DNA from: Cenarchaeum sp.
GTDB lineage: Archaea > Thermoproteota > Nitrososphaeria > Nitrososphaerales > Nitrosopumilaceae
Direction: 5' to 3'
NCBI GenBank assembly: GCA_965242695.1
Contig: CBDESU010000001.1
Span: 1,408,001-1,472,000, forward strand
Length of the DNA stretch: 64,000 nt
Part shown: piece by piece, positions 20,005-29,802 of the stretch
Numbering within the stretch: the stretch's first letter is position 1
Layout: the number at the start of each line of letters is the position of its first letter
Translations under genes and position numbers: made by a program
Notes under the pieces: model-generated
Database searches by the model: none
What the model saw: the letters and a program-made list of their open reading frames with translations, nothing else
Told to the model about the DNA's origin: nothing

Positions 20005-20766
20005 TTATGCCCCGGGCCAGGCATCCGTGTAGGCAGACATGTCGGCCCGCTGGGCCCCGAGCGAGACGGTGCTCAGCCGCATCTTGATCATGTACTTCCC
20101 GTCCTTGAGCGTGATGTTGCCGACGTTGATCTGCTTTTGGATTTCCCCGTATGGAACCACCACGAACACGCTGTCACGATCCGTCCTCAGGACGAACACA
20201 TAGTGTGCTTCCGCCCCCGCAATTTTTTCGTGGGAGTCTTTGGGGAGATGGAATGTGTAGGAGTTGCCCCTCCTCTTTGACGACTTGACCTGTAACGGGT
20301 ATCTGATTCCGTCTCGGGTTGCCACTATGTCGATGCCCTCGTCAGGATCGGGCACGGTAGTGGCATATCCGAGGATGTTGAGGTGGCCCTCGACCAGGCG
20401 CTCGGCGCCAGTGCCAACAAGATGGACGGGGGACATCTTGGCCTTGGCCTTTGTCTTGGTCTTGGCGGCGGGAGGGGTGCCAGTCTCCGGCGCCGTGTTC
20501 CTTGGCACACCTGCCTTCCCGCCGAATGCGGCCCCGCGTCCGCGCAGATCGAACCTGCCGTCTTCAAGGGCCTCAAAGTGCGACTCGGCGCCCTTTTGCC
20601 GGGTGTTGTTTGTGAGCACGCCCTTCATCGTGGCCGAGGCGGCGTCGGTCGCATCGCATTCGAGAAGGCCGCGCTTGACCGCCCTCGCGACGATCTCATC
20701 GGCCGCAAGCGGCCCGCGGGACGCCTCCAGCACGGCAAGTGCCGACTTTAGGAACGGAAGTCCCAT
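20005..20766 (-). CDS. HARE-HTH (HB1/ASXL) domain fused to PD-(D/E)xK restriction-endonuclease fold
   Basis: N-terminal 'SALAVLEASRGPLAADEIVARAVKRGL'; E..V, DEGIDIVA and QVKSS nuclease motifs. Confidence 0.75.
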   Translation of the reverse strand: MGLPFLKSALAVLEASRGPLAADEIVARAVKRGLLECDATDAASATMKGVLTNNTRQKGAESHFEALEDGRFDLRGRGAAFGGKAGVPRNTAPETGTPPAAKTKTKAKAKMSPVHLVGTGAERLVEGHLNILGYATTVPDPDEGIDIVATRDGIRYPLQVKSSKRRGNSYTFHLPKDSHEKIAGAEAHYVFVLRTDRDSVFVVVPYGEIQKQINVGNITLKDGKYMIKMRLSTVSLGAQRADMSAYTDAWPGA

Positions 20767-21175
20767 GCGCGGAAGGCGGACTGCGCCGCTTTAAGTTCCC
20801 TGCGGGCCACAGGTGAGGGCGGGAGGCGTGCGGAGTGGCGGAGCAGTGCAGGGGCGGGAGGGGCACGGCGCTGCCGCCGAGCCACCTGCGGAACGAAGCC
20901 GCGTTGAAGAAAGGCCGCCGGACGCTGCTCCAAAGCCGATTGTCGCTAGACCGGCCCAGGGATCGCATCGCACCGAGGCATCCGGCAGGGCGCCGCAGTC
21001 GCTCTCGGCGGGGGCAATCGAGGCCGCCCGCAGTTTGCCGCACCGCATCGCCCCGATTCCTCCTAGTGGACTGCGGGAGGCGGATCGTGCTGTACGCGCT
21101 GCAGACGGGCAGGGCGCAAGACGACAAGTCCGCAACGGTAGGCACGCGGCTTACGCCGCGGCCCGGGGCCGGCCG

Positions 21176-21715
21176 CTAGCGATGCTTGGGAAGCCCCTTG
21201 AACTGCCACCTGCCGGACCGCTTGGCGGCGATGCAGTACGGCGCCCTGTCGTCGACGAGCTTTTCCACGGCCGCGCCGACGGCCGCGCCGACGGCGGCTC
21301 CGACCAGCGCGCCTGCAAGCGCGGTAAACGCAGTGCGCCTGCCCCCGTTTTTGGCTCCTCCGCCCGCCGCAGTGCCGCCCGCAAGCGCGCCCGTTCCCGC
21401 CCCCGCGATGATGGCCTCGGCCGCATGCGAGGCCACGGTGGACACGAGTGCCTTGAACGCCACGATTCCCGCGTCCAAGAGCGCCTTGTCGATCTGGGGG
21501 ATGATCTCCTTGCAGTCGCCCATCGTGTACACCAGCTCGAACGTGGCCTGCACGACGCCGCCGCCCATGTCGATCTCCCTCATGGTGGCAGACTCCAGCC
21601 CGCACAGATCCCCGACGGACACCATTACGTGGTCCTCCACCGCCCTGCACCGCTCGTGCGAGGGCTTTCCGCGGTAGCAGTTGCAGTCTAGCAGTATGGA
21701 GTGGACTTTCCTCAC
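21176..21715 (-). CDS. Hypothetical protein with glycine-zipper membrane segment (cassette copy 2)
   Basis: Paralog of 16785..17306; start overlaps the stop of the upstream gene. Confidence 0.75.
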   Translation of the reverse strand: MRKVHSILLDCNCYRGKPSHERCRAVEDHVMVSVGDLCGLESATMREIDMGGGVVQATFELVYTMGDCKEIIPQIDKALLDAGIVAFKALVSTVASHAAEAIIAGAGTGALAGGTAAGGGAKNGGRRTAFTALAGALVGAAVGAAVGAAVEKLVDDRAPYCIAAKRSGRWQFKGLPKHR

Positions 21716-22275
21716 GGTGCCGACACCCCCTCTTGCTCAAGAGGCGGCGCGGCGGGCGGCCGCATGGCGGAGGCCGTCCCGACCAGCTTGCGGGCTCTGC
21801 GCCTGGTGCCCCCGGTCCCCGAGTATGCAGCCCAGTCGATCTCTGGATACATCTCTTGGATGTCCTCTGCCAGCGGCGGGCCGTTGCCGGTAAGGTAGAA
21901 CGCACCGCCTGCCGCCTTGCAGGCGTGGCCCGACCTGACAAGGCCGCGCATGGACCGGTCCTCGAACGTGCGCACGGCCGAGCCTGGGCCTACCGCCCCC
22001 TGCCCTAGCAGGCGCGCCATTGTCCACGCCTTCCTTGTGGGGGAGGGATAGCACTCGGACTTTATAAGTGAGAATTTTGCGTCGTCCGGGAGCGACTCCC
22101 ATCCTCGCTCCGATGCGGCCCCGCGCCGCAACACGGCATCGGCGACGATTTTGACGGCCCCGACGCTCAGGCCGGTACGCGCGGACACCTCGGCGTGCGA
22201 CCGGCCGCCCTCAAGAAGGCCCATGGCCCTGCCGCAGGCGGTGGGCACGCCGATCTTGCCGGTGGGGATCTCCAC
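21712..22275 (-). CDS. HTH/wHTH protein (cassette copy 2)
   Basis: SHAEVSARTGLSVGAV helix-turn-helix and FYLTxxG wing motif; divergent AT-rich promoter at about 22290-22305. Confidence 0.7.
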   Translation of the reverse strand: MEIPTGKIGVPTACGRAMGLLEGGRSHAEVSARTGLSVGAVKIVADAVLRRGAASERGWESLPDDAKFSLIKSECYPSPTRKAWTMARLLGQGAVGPGSAVRTFEDRSMRGLVRSGHACKAAGGAFYLTGNGPPLAEDIQEMYPEIDWAAYSGTGGTRRRARKLVGTASAMRPPAAPPLEQEGVSAP

Positions 22276-22325
22276 GCAGGGGCCCCGAACAATCTAGATA
22301 TAATAGTTGCCCCCTACGCGCGATC

Positions 22326-22649
22326 GTGGAGCCCAAGGACGTGGAGACGGCCGTGCTCGTACGCATGTACGAGAAGGGGCTGGTCGGCGGCGAGTACAGG
22401 AGCCGGCAGATGGTGGAGCGGAGCATCGGCTGGAGCAGGCTGGCGTCGCACTACCGCGCAAGGCCCAGGTTCACCGCCTTGGCCAAGAGGCTCGTCAAGG
22501 GCGGACTCCTCGACGACCACGGCAAGAGCATGCGTGTGCTGTCCCTTACCGCGGAGGGGGCCGCGCACGTGGGGAGGTACCTGAGGGGCAACCCAGATGC
22601 GTCGGCATCCCTTGAGCGGGTACTGGAGGGCCGGGCAGGCTCGGCGTAG
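22326..22649 (+). CDS. Small winged-helix-like protein (cassette copy 2)
   Basis: ATATAA box about 22 nt upstream; 'RLVKGGLL...LSLTAEG' wing pattern; has a paralog. Confidence 0.7.
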   Translation: MEPKDVETAVLVRMYEKGLVGGEYRSRQMVERSIGWSRLASHYRARPRFTALAKRLVKGGLLDDHGKSMRVLSLTAEGAAHVGRYLRGNPDASASLERVLEGRAGSA

Positions 22650-22707
22650 CGCCTGGCAGTCCAGCCGCGCGCGGCGGCAGGCGGGTCACCGGCTGGCTGG
22701 CAGGCGG

Positions 22708-23190
22708 CTACGATCGGCGCCAGTGCTTGACAGCTGCCGCGGTCCCCAGTCCCGCCACGAATCCCAGTCCCGCGTAAGCTAGCGACTCCAAGGCGGTGGG
22801 ATTCTCGGGGTGCACGACCACCGGGCGCCGGCAGGTCGAGGGCACGTCCCGCACCCTTTGGAACGGGATGCGCAGGCTGCGGAGGATGCGCAGGACGTGG
22901 CGGTGCGAAGAGTAGCTGTGCTCGGGGTTCAGGTGCGCAAACGGGTACTCGGGCGGCGGCTCCGCCTCGGACTCGATCACGCCGTTTGGCATGGCCTTGA
23001 TGTGGATCTGCTCGTACTCGGACGTCCTGAGCCTCAGGCCCCAGGCCTGGCCGTGGTCCTCCTCGAGTGTCTGCGGCTTAAAGCCGAGGCCGGCCAGTTT
23101 TTTCTTGAGCAGTCGAAGCATGCCCGCATCGATGCTAAAGCACCTGCAGTGGTGCCGGTCGTGGCGCTTGCGGCCGCCTGAACTGGCCAT
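22708..23190 (-). CDS. Hypothetical protein with C-terminal membrane anchor
   Basis: ATG 23190 about 22 nt after a TTATAA box; protein-like composition; hydrophobic C-terminus. Confidence 0.6.
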   Translation of the reverse strand: MASSGGRKRHDRHHCRCFSIDAGMLRLLKKKLAGLGFKPQTLEEDHGQAWGLRLRTSEYEQIHIKAMPNGVIESEAEPPPEYPFAHLNPEHSYSSHRHVLRILRSLRIPFQRVRDVPSTCRRPVVVHPENPTALESLAYAGLGFVAGLGTAAAVKHWRRS

Positions 23191-23664
23191 GGCCGGCGGA
23201 CGGCAGGCCCCATTATAAGGCTTGCGGATCGCTTGTCCGCGGCGTGGCAGGCATCCTGCGAGGCGCGGCGAACGGGGCAGGATGCGGCTGGGGGAGGGGG
23301 GCGGATTCGGTGCGCGCATCCATGGCGAAAAAAAGGGGCGCGGCGCCGCGGCATGGGCAGTCCGAACGCCGCCCTGCGCGGGCGGCTGATGCAGGCGGAT
23401 CGTGGACGGGTGGCAGGAGGGGGACGGCGGCGGGCTGTCCCCACCCCCCCCCCCCCTCTCCGCTACCGGACGGGCTGGGCGGAGACGTCCCCCAATCCCG
23501 CCCGGGCTGGCAAGAAAGGGATCGGAAAAGGCAGCAGGTGCAGTGTCCTGGCCCGAACCCTGCCGCGGGAGGGGGCACCGCGACAGGCTCCAGCTCAGGG
23601 AGGGGGAAGATCTGCACGGATCAAAAAATCTGAGGGGGCTGGACGCCGGCCGGCACCATCAGCA

Positions 23665-23916
23665 CTAGAGCGTGCCATCCTGCCTCTTTGCGTTGTTTTC
23701 CCACTGGAGGGGGCGCAGGTTGGACAGATCCTCTCCACCTCCTTTTGATTCGGGGAGGATGTGATCTACGTTCCAACCATTCTGCGTCTGCTGTCCATAC
23801 TCGGGCCACTTCATGGCAGTGCCGTATGCGTCGCGGCGCCATATGCCAGCATCGTAGCCTTGAATCGGCGTGCCCTTGTCCCAGATCTTTTGCAGTTTTT
23901 CTAGCGTGTATCCCAT
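23665..23916 (-). CDS. Small HNH endonuclease
   Basis: GWNVDHILPESKGG..DLSNLRPLQWENN; TTATAG box upstream; paralog at 43866..44123. Confidence 0.85.
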   Translation of the reverse strand: MGYTLEKLQKIWDKGTPIQGYDAGIWRRDAYGTAMKWPEYGQQTQNGWNVDHILPESKGGGEDLSNLRPLQWENNAKRQDGTL

Positions 23917-24750
23917 GTCGGCGGCTGGCAAAGCGGGCGGCTATAACTGTTCCGCGGCGCCGCCCGGCGTACGAGCGCGGCCCGCAAGTCCCCGCGGGCG
24001 CAGGACGCCACACGCGATCCATGGCGGCATCGGCCAACCTGCGCGCCGCCCCCTACATCGGGGCTTGCGGCAGGGCCTCCGCGCCCGCATTCCTGACCTG
24101 AGAGCTCGCAGCATGCGCTACGGCGCTGGAAGAGGTCAGGGATGCCAGGACGGGCAGGCCGCATGCGTTGCGACATCCTTCAACGCCCGCCTGGGCGCCC
24201 CGTGTGCCGGCGGCCCTGAGGAATGGCCCGACACATCGGGCAGAATTCGACACAGGGGCGAGGGAAAAGGCGGCCGGCCGCGACATGGCGTAGGAAGAAG
24301 AAAACTGAAGTTGTGTAGACCCCACAACGGCCGGCGCAGGCGGCGCGGCCACGCGGCGCGTCCCGCCTGCTGGGATCAGGTGCTGGAAAAATGGGGGAGG
24401 GGCCGAGGAGGGGCGTTTGCGCCGCCCTCGGGCCGCCTTGGACGCCGCCCCCGCCGCTAGCGGTAGGGGAGGCGCGCGCTCAGAAGAGGGGCCGGGTCGT
24501 GGCGGGCGCGCCGGCTACGCCGCCGCCTGCGCCATGACGCATCTCCGCGCTCTTCTCAGCATCGCTGTTCCCTTGTGGACAGCCACTCGCATAGCCCGAA
24601 TGCGGCTACCTTGATGGCGATACAAAGGATTGCTATGTGCAACTTCTTCATGCTCTGAGTTTCACCTCCTTGGAATTTAGAATTTGTATGCAGTATTTAT
24701 GCATTTTGCGCGCCCACAACGTACATATAGGTATCCACGGGCGCCGGCCC

Positions 24751-25035
24751 GTGGGGCGGGACGCGTCCAGGGACGGCGACAAGGGCGATCGCGCCGGCCG
24801 CGGGCGGCCCCGCAAGGCAGCAGGGGACGGCGAAGAGGAGGACGGCGAGCCGAGGTACGTCAGCCTGCGCGTCCCCAAGTCCGAGTACGACAAGCTCAAG
24901 GACCTGAGGGGAAGGATGGAGAAAAAGCCAGACTATTCCTGGGTCGGCAGCCTCGCCCTCGGCGCCTTTGTTGGGCTGGCGGCGGGGCTCGCACTCGAGC
25001 GGCTGACCCGGTCGGACAAAGACGACGGAGAGTGA
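24751..25035 (+). CDS. Duplicate of the small RHH-like/membrane protein at 553..840
   Basis: Identical protein except for the last few residues. Confidence 0.6.
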   Translation: MGRDASRDGDKGDRAGRGRPRKAAGDGEEEDGEPRYVSLRVPKSEYDKLKDLRGRMEKKPDYSWVGSLALGAFVGLAAGLALERLTRSDKDDGE

Positions 25036-25320
25036 CCCGCCCACGGCTAGCGCCGCCTCTTGACGTGGCTGCGGCGCTTTGGCGCTGCGACCCGCCCAAG
25101 GCGGCGCCGCCGTAGGCAGGCAAGGGGCCGTAGGATCAGGCTACGCTGGCCGGCCCCAGTCCCGCGGGCCGCCGGCCGGTACCTAGCCAACGCGTATCAG
25201 CAGACGGCCGCCGCCAGCCCCGGAAGCCATGCGGTACAGAGCGCGCCGGTTGCACCCCACGCCCCCAAACGCGCATCAAATCAGGGCAACTTATACATAC
25301 CCACGCCCATGCCCCGCACC

Positions 25321-26484
25321 GTGAAGGTCGTAGCGTTTGACGCCAAGCCGTTCGAGAGGGGCAGCCTGCGCAAGAGCGAGCAATCGGGCGATCGCAGTAG
25401 CGCGGGGACGTTCAAGACACAGATGGGCATCGGCGTCTCTATCAGCGACAAGGAGGCGTTCAAGGACAGGTTCACGGCCAAGTTTGCCGAGATCCGCCGC
25501 AGCCTCAAGCTCGGCGAGCAGCTTCCCATATGCCCGAGCAGCCGCCTGCGAAGCTTTGGGGACGAAAAGGCCGCAGAACTCGGCGGTCAGCTCGTAGATT
25601 CCGTGCAGGACCTGATCGAAGACGTGCACTGCTTCTTTGTGATTTTGCCGCCGGACAACCCCAGTACGGTTCGCGTCGGAGGGGCCGGAGGCGCGACCAT
25701 GGAGATTCCCACCTGGCTTTTTGTGAAAAACCTCGGGCCGATGCTCTCATATATGACGGCACAAGACTACCTGTACAAGCGCAGCGGCATGGGCATGAAG
25801 GACACGGAATTCCACATCGATGCGTTCATCTCAAAGCGCACCAAGTCGTGGGATATCCTTGTCGACAAAGTCGACCCCAAGGTGTTCTGGAGGGGCGACG
25901 AGTGCAACCCGTTCATAGCATGCGCCGACATATTGACTTTTCTCACGGACGCCAAGCTGCGCCGCCAGCACCTCAAGCTGAACCGCCAGAACGTAACCAA
26001 GGTTTGGAAGGGCCACGAGTTCGAGACGACGGCCCACTATGTGACGCGCAATGCCCTCGCCATCCACGCATGGTACACCAACGAGGCGATCGATGCGTGG
26101 CCGTACGTGGCGAGGCCGACCGTCTTCCTCGCAGTCGACAGCATGGCGCGCGATCGCCAAGCGGGGAGCGGCGGCGGCGATGCAGCGCCGGACCCGGCGG
26201 CCGCCGGCCCAGAGGGCGCAGAGCAGCCCAAGACGGCCTCGAAGGTCTTTGCCAAGTCCGCCGTCTATGCAGCGGCCGTACGGTACGCTTTCAACCACTC
26301 CGGCTCGTTCAAGCTCTTCAACCGCTACGAGGACAGCGCCCATGTCCACGACCACGACGTCTTCGTCTACGCCGGCCCCGAGTCGGAGAGGATCGGCAGG
26401 GTGCTACAAGACACGTCCCGCGTCAAGGTCATGTCCGGCCTCGAGCTAAGGGACAAAGTAGAAAAAGTAGAAAAACAGAGTTAA
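25321..26484 (+). CDS. Uncharacterised 387-aa protein, paralog of 2723..3886 (putative RNase H-like/DUF3800-like)
   Basis: TTATAC box at 25291-25296; motifs AFDAKPF, HIDAF, WRGDECN and IACADILTFLTDAKL. Alternative start ATG 25309. Confidence 0.78.
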   Translation: MKVVAFDAKPFERGSLRKSEQSGDRSSAGTFKTQMGIGVSISDKEAFKDRFTAKFAEIRRSLKLGEQLPICPSSRLRSFGDEKAAELGGQLVDSVQDLIEDVHCFFVILPPDNPSTVRVGGAGGATMEIPTWLFVKNLGPMLSYMTAQDYLYKRSGMGMKDTEFHIDAFISKRTKSWDILVDKVDPKVFWRGDECNPFIACADILTFLTDAKLRRQHLKLNRQNVTKVWKGHEFETTAHYVTRNALAIHAWYTNEAIDAWPYVARPTVFLAVDSMARDRQAGSGGGDAAPDPAAAGPEGAEQPKTASKVFAKSAVYAAAVRYAFNHSGSFKLFNRYEDSAHVHDHDVFVYAGPESERIGRVLQDTSRVKVMSGLELRDKVEKVEKQS

Positions 26485-26526
26485 CCTACATCGAATGAGG
26501 ACGTCCCCTGGGAAAGCGGCGCCCTC
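26462..26526 (-). ncRNA. Putative small RNA (type B, copy 1), convergent with the 3' end of gene 25321..26484
   Basis: TTATATA box on - strand at 26555-26549; hairpin GAGGGCG-CCGC-UUUCCCA-GGGG-A-CGUCCUC; T-runs at the end; covaries with the copy at 52346..52415. Confidence 0.65.
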
Positions 26527-26782
26527 GGCATGGCTTCCCCGCGGCGCGTATATAAGGATATCTCGCGCACGGGGCGGATCCTAGGCGTGGCCGTTCCCTA
26601 CCACCAGGATCCTGACCGCCCAAACGAGTCCCCGGCCCGATCCGGCGTCGACAGGGTGCCGTCGGGCAGGCGGTCAGCAGGCCGAGTCGGATGAGCCGCA
26701 GGTAGCGGCCGCTGCGGCTGCCTGCCGCCCCCCTCTTCTCCGCCCCGCCTCCGCTGCCTGGCGAGCCTCCGCCGCGGCCGCC

Positions 26783-27680
26783 CTAGTCGGGCTTCTCCAT
26801 CGCGCGGAGAAGATCAAGGGCGGGTGACCACCCCGCCGCGGCGAACCGGTCCAGGACTGAGAGGCACCTGCGCCCGTCGCCCTCCCCCGGCAGGGTCCAG
26901 GGCAGTCCGTCTAGCGCCTCGACGGAGTCCGTCATGACAAGGGGCAGGTGCGGCGACTCGTGCAGGGCCGCGACCCGCTCCAGGCGTCCCAGCGCCTGCT
27001 CCGGCATTTGATGCCAGTGGTCCCTCAGGAAGGCCGTCAGCATCTCCAGCGTACGGGAGCCGCCCTCGCGATCGCTGCGCGCCATCTTGTCCAGGTGGTC
27101 GCGGATACCCCCGCCAGGGCGCCCGGATCGGCGTCGGCGACCGAGTGCGTCAGGCAGCGCGCCGCGACGTCCCTGGTCTCGGGATCGCCGCTGTCGAGCA
27201 GGAGCGAGTAGAGATCTAGGGCTCCGGCCCGCGCGTCCGGAACTGACAGGCACGGCCCGAGCAGGCGCGCGGCCATCAGCCGGATCTCCCGCGGCAGTCC
27301 CGCGTCGGCCAGCGCGCCGCGCAGCGTCCCGAGGGCCGGGCGGCTTTGCCCATGCAGGGACAGGGAGAGGAGCGCAGGGACGGCCTCCGCGGCCTCGTCG
27401 GGGGCGTCCCCGCACAGCGAGAGCACGTTCTCGGCGGCTGCAAGGGCGGCCGGCCCGTCGGCCTCTGCAAGGCGGAGCAGGGGGTGCCGCATCCAAGACA
27501 GGACGCGGAGGTTCTGGTCAGAGCTGTACCTGGCCGTTATCCTGCCGGCCACGGCCGGATCGGCGTCGAACAGCAGTTCCAGCTCGCATGCCACGCTGGC
27601 CCGCACCCTGCCAATTCCGTCGGCGGAGAGCCCCTCGATGGCGGCCGGCAGCAGGAATCCCGCGTGCGGGCGCACAGCCG
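26783..27680 (-). pseudogene. Frameshifted C-terminal fragment paralogous to TIR-STAND protein 31675..35757
   Basis: ELELLFDADPAVAGRI, LLLDSGD and RCLSVLDRFAAAGWSPALDLLRAME match the C-terminus of the full gene. Confidence 0.85.
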
Positions 27681-28004
27681 GATCAGCCCCGTTGCGGCCA
27701 GCCCCCTTGTGTTGTCGCGCGGGAGGTATACAATGCCCGGGCCAACGGGCGGATCCTCGCGCGGATCAGGGCGGGTCGCCATGCGCAGAAGCAGGTTCCT
27801 GGCGCCCTCGGATGCCGCTGCGCCCAGGGGCGTTTTGCCGTCCCCCAGGCGGTCTACAATACTGTCAAGCAGGCCGTAGTCGTCCCTGTGGGCCGGGCCT
27901 GGCCTCGAGAGTCGGTCGATCGCGTCCCCAATCGGGTCTGCCCTGTTTGGATCGTCAGGCGGCTCGTCGGGCTCGGCGCGGCGCGGTCTCGTCGGGCTCG
28001 GCTC

Positions 28005-28810
28005 GGGCGGTACCTGTCCCGCGACTGCGGCAAGTCGTTCTCGGCCAACCTCGGGTTTGAGAAGCGCAAGTACGATCCCGCGGTAGTGACCAGGGCCCTC
28101 GGCATGCGGTTCTCGGGCACGTCCCTGAGGGCCATCTGCTGCAACCTAGCGCAGGACGGCATCTTCGTGCGCCCCCGCACCGTGCTCAACTAGGTCGAGA
28201 GATGCGTCTTCCTGGCGGAGCCGTACGTCGAGACGCTCCGGCCGGCCGTCTCTCGAGTGTGGCGCATCGACGAGCTGGTCGTCGGGGTCGGGGAAAAGGG
28301 GCACGTCGAGTAAGTCGTCTCGATGCTCGACTCGCTCACGCTGCACAACCTTGCGCTGCAGGGTGCCGCCTGCAGGGGAACGTCCGACATGGCCCCGCTG
28401 TTCGAGCCGGCCGCCGGCCTGTCTGGCTTCGTCCCGACGGTCCTCGCGTCCGACAAGGCCGGCAACTTCCACGCCGCGTGGAAGGACCCGTACCGCGCCA
28501 AGAACTTCATGCAGCCGCCCACCTTCCACGTGTGGGACATACACGCCGGCAGGACGGACCGAAACAACAGCCCAGATGTAGCGGTTCAACAGGGAGCTGC
28601 GGGCGTTCGAGATGTGCGCAGGGGGCATCAAGGCCATGCGGACCTCGCCGTTCCGCGGGATGGGATACACCACAACTTTGTGCGCCCCCGCATGGGGCTG
28701 GGCAGCGGCGGGGACGGGCACGATGGCCTGACGCCGGCCAGGGCCGCGCGCATATTCGTGCAGGGGCAGAACGTGTGGATGACGCTGGTCCAGAACGCCC
28801 GGCTGCACCA
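28005..28810 (+). mobile_element. Degenerate DDE transposase remnant (IS6/IS240-like, thaumarchaeal type)
   Basis: RYLxRDCGKSFSANLGFEK, GTSLRAI, RTVLN*, VWRIDE, SDK, NN and HHNFVRPRMGL..TPA motifs, with stops and frameshifts. Confidence 0.75.
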
Positions 28811-29298
28811 GCGGCGGCGTGGCCGACTCGGCACCAGGGGCGGCGGCAGTGCCGTGGCCGCGGCATTGGTTGCCGGGCAGACCCAGGGCCGCCCAGACGC
28901 TCATTCGCACTGCCGCGGCGCCCGCAGGCAGGCGGCCTCCAGACGGCCAGGGCGCCGATTCGCGCAGAGTTGCGTTGGGAGGCGGATGATCGCCCCCGTG
29001 CGGCGCCCTCAGACCGCCGGGCGATCCGTATCCTGCGCCTCAAGTGCGGCGGAGGCAAGGCGCCACGATCCGCCCGCCCCCCGCCCGCCCGTCCCCTTCG
29101 GCCCGCTCGGGCCCCTCGGCAGGCGCCATCGCGGATATCGACCGCAGATTGCACACAATCGTCATCTCGGCCTAGTGCGCGGCCAATGGTGACAGGTGTG
29201 GCGAGGACGCATCCCAGCGGCCCCGAATCGCTTTTGCCGAGCCTAGCCCACCCCCGCGATCTACTTGTGTCGAGCATTGCCGCTGCTCCAAGTTGTGT

Positions 29299-29802
29299 TT
29301 AGTGCCCTGTAGAATCTGCCACGATGTCGTCCGGGCGCCCGAGTGCCGCTTCAAATGCACCTAGCACCTGCTTGGCATGTCCGTGCCACAAAATAATCTC
29401 GTCAAGCGATACGTCGATAGACTCGCCGTGCGCGCTGAGGTTTCGGTTGTCAATGAGGCTGTCATAGCCATTCTTGGCGATGGCGGTGACGTTGGCGATG
29501 AACCATTTGCGATGCCCGGCTCCAAAGCTTTGTAATATGTCGTTTTGAAGGTGCCTCGATCGGGGCTCCCTACGCATCTTGTACGCCTTCTTGACGTAGG
29601 ATGCAAGGGACTTGTCCCCCGATCGTTGTGCACGCTCAGCGATCAGCTCATCTACGACCTTTTCGTACCGACCGCAGATGTGAACTAGTAGGAACCTAAC
29701 AAGTTGAGACTCGTACGGCGTTGCGCGCAAGTTATTGTCTTCTAGGAGTTTTTTCCACTGCCCAATGTCACGATCGATGTCAGATAGATCCATGTGCCTC
29801 AC
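29299..29802 (-). CDS. HEPN-domain protein (MAE_28990/RiboL-PSP-like), putative RNase
   Basis: RNLSAHG (Rx4H) motif; overlaps the DUF262 gene; low GC. Confidence 0.75.
   Translation of the reverse strand: MRHMDLSDIDRDIGQWKKLLEDNNLRATPYESQLVRFLLVHICGRYEKVVDELIAERAQRSGDKSLASYVKKAYKMRREPRSRHLQNDILQSFGAGHRKWFIANVTAIAKNGYDSLIDNRNLSAHGESIDVSLDEIILWHGHAKQVLGAFEAALGRPDDIVADSTGH

Noticed and set aside
26497-26526. Hairpins after the 387-aa genes as ordinary intrinsic terminators or tRNA genes
   Set aside because: No U-tract follows on the gene's strand, the G-U pairs and TATA/T-run polarity point to the opposite strand, and no cloverleaf can be formed.
28005-28810. Active IS element
   Set aside because: Multiple stops and frameshifts; I could not identify terminal inverted repeats or target-site duplications.
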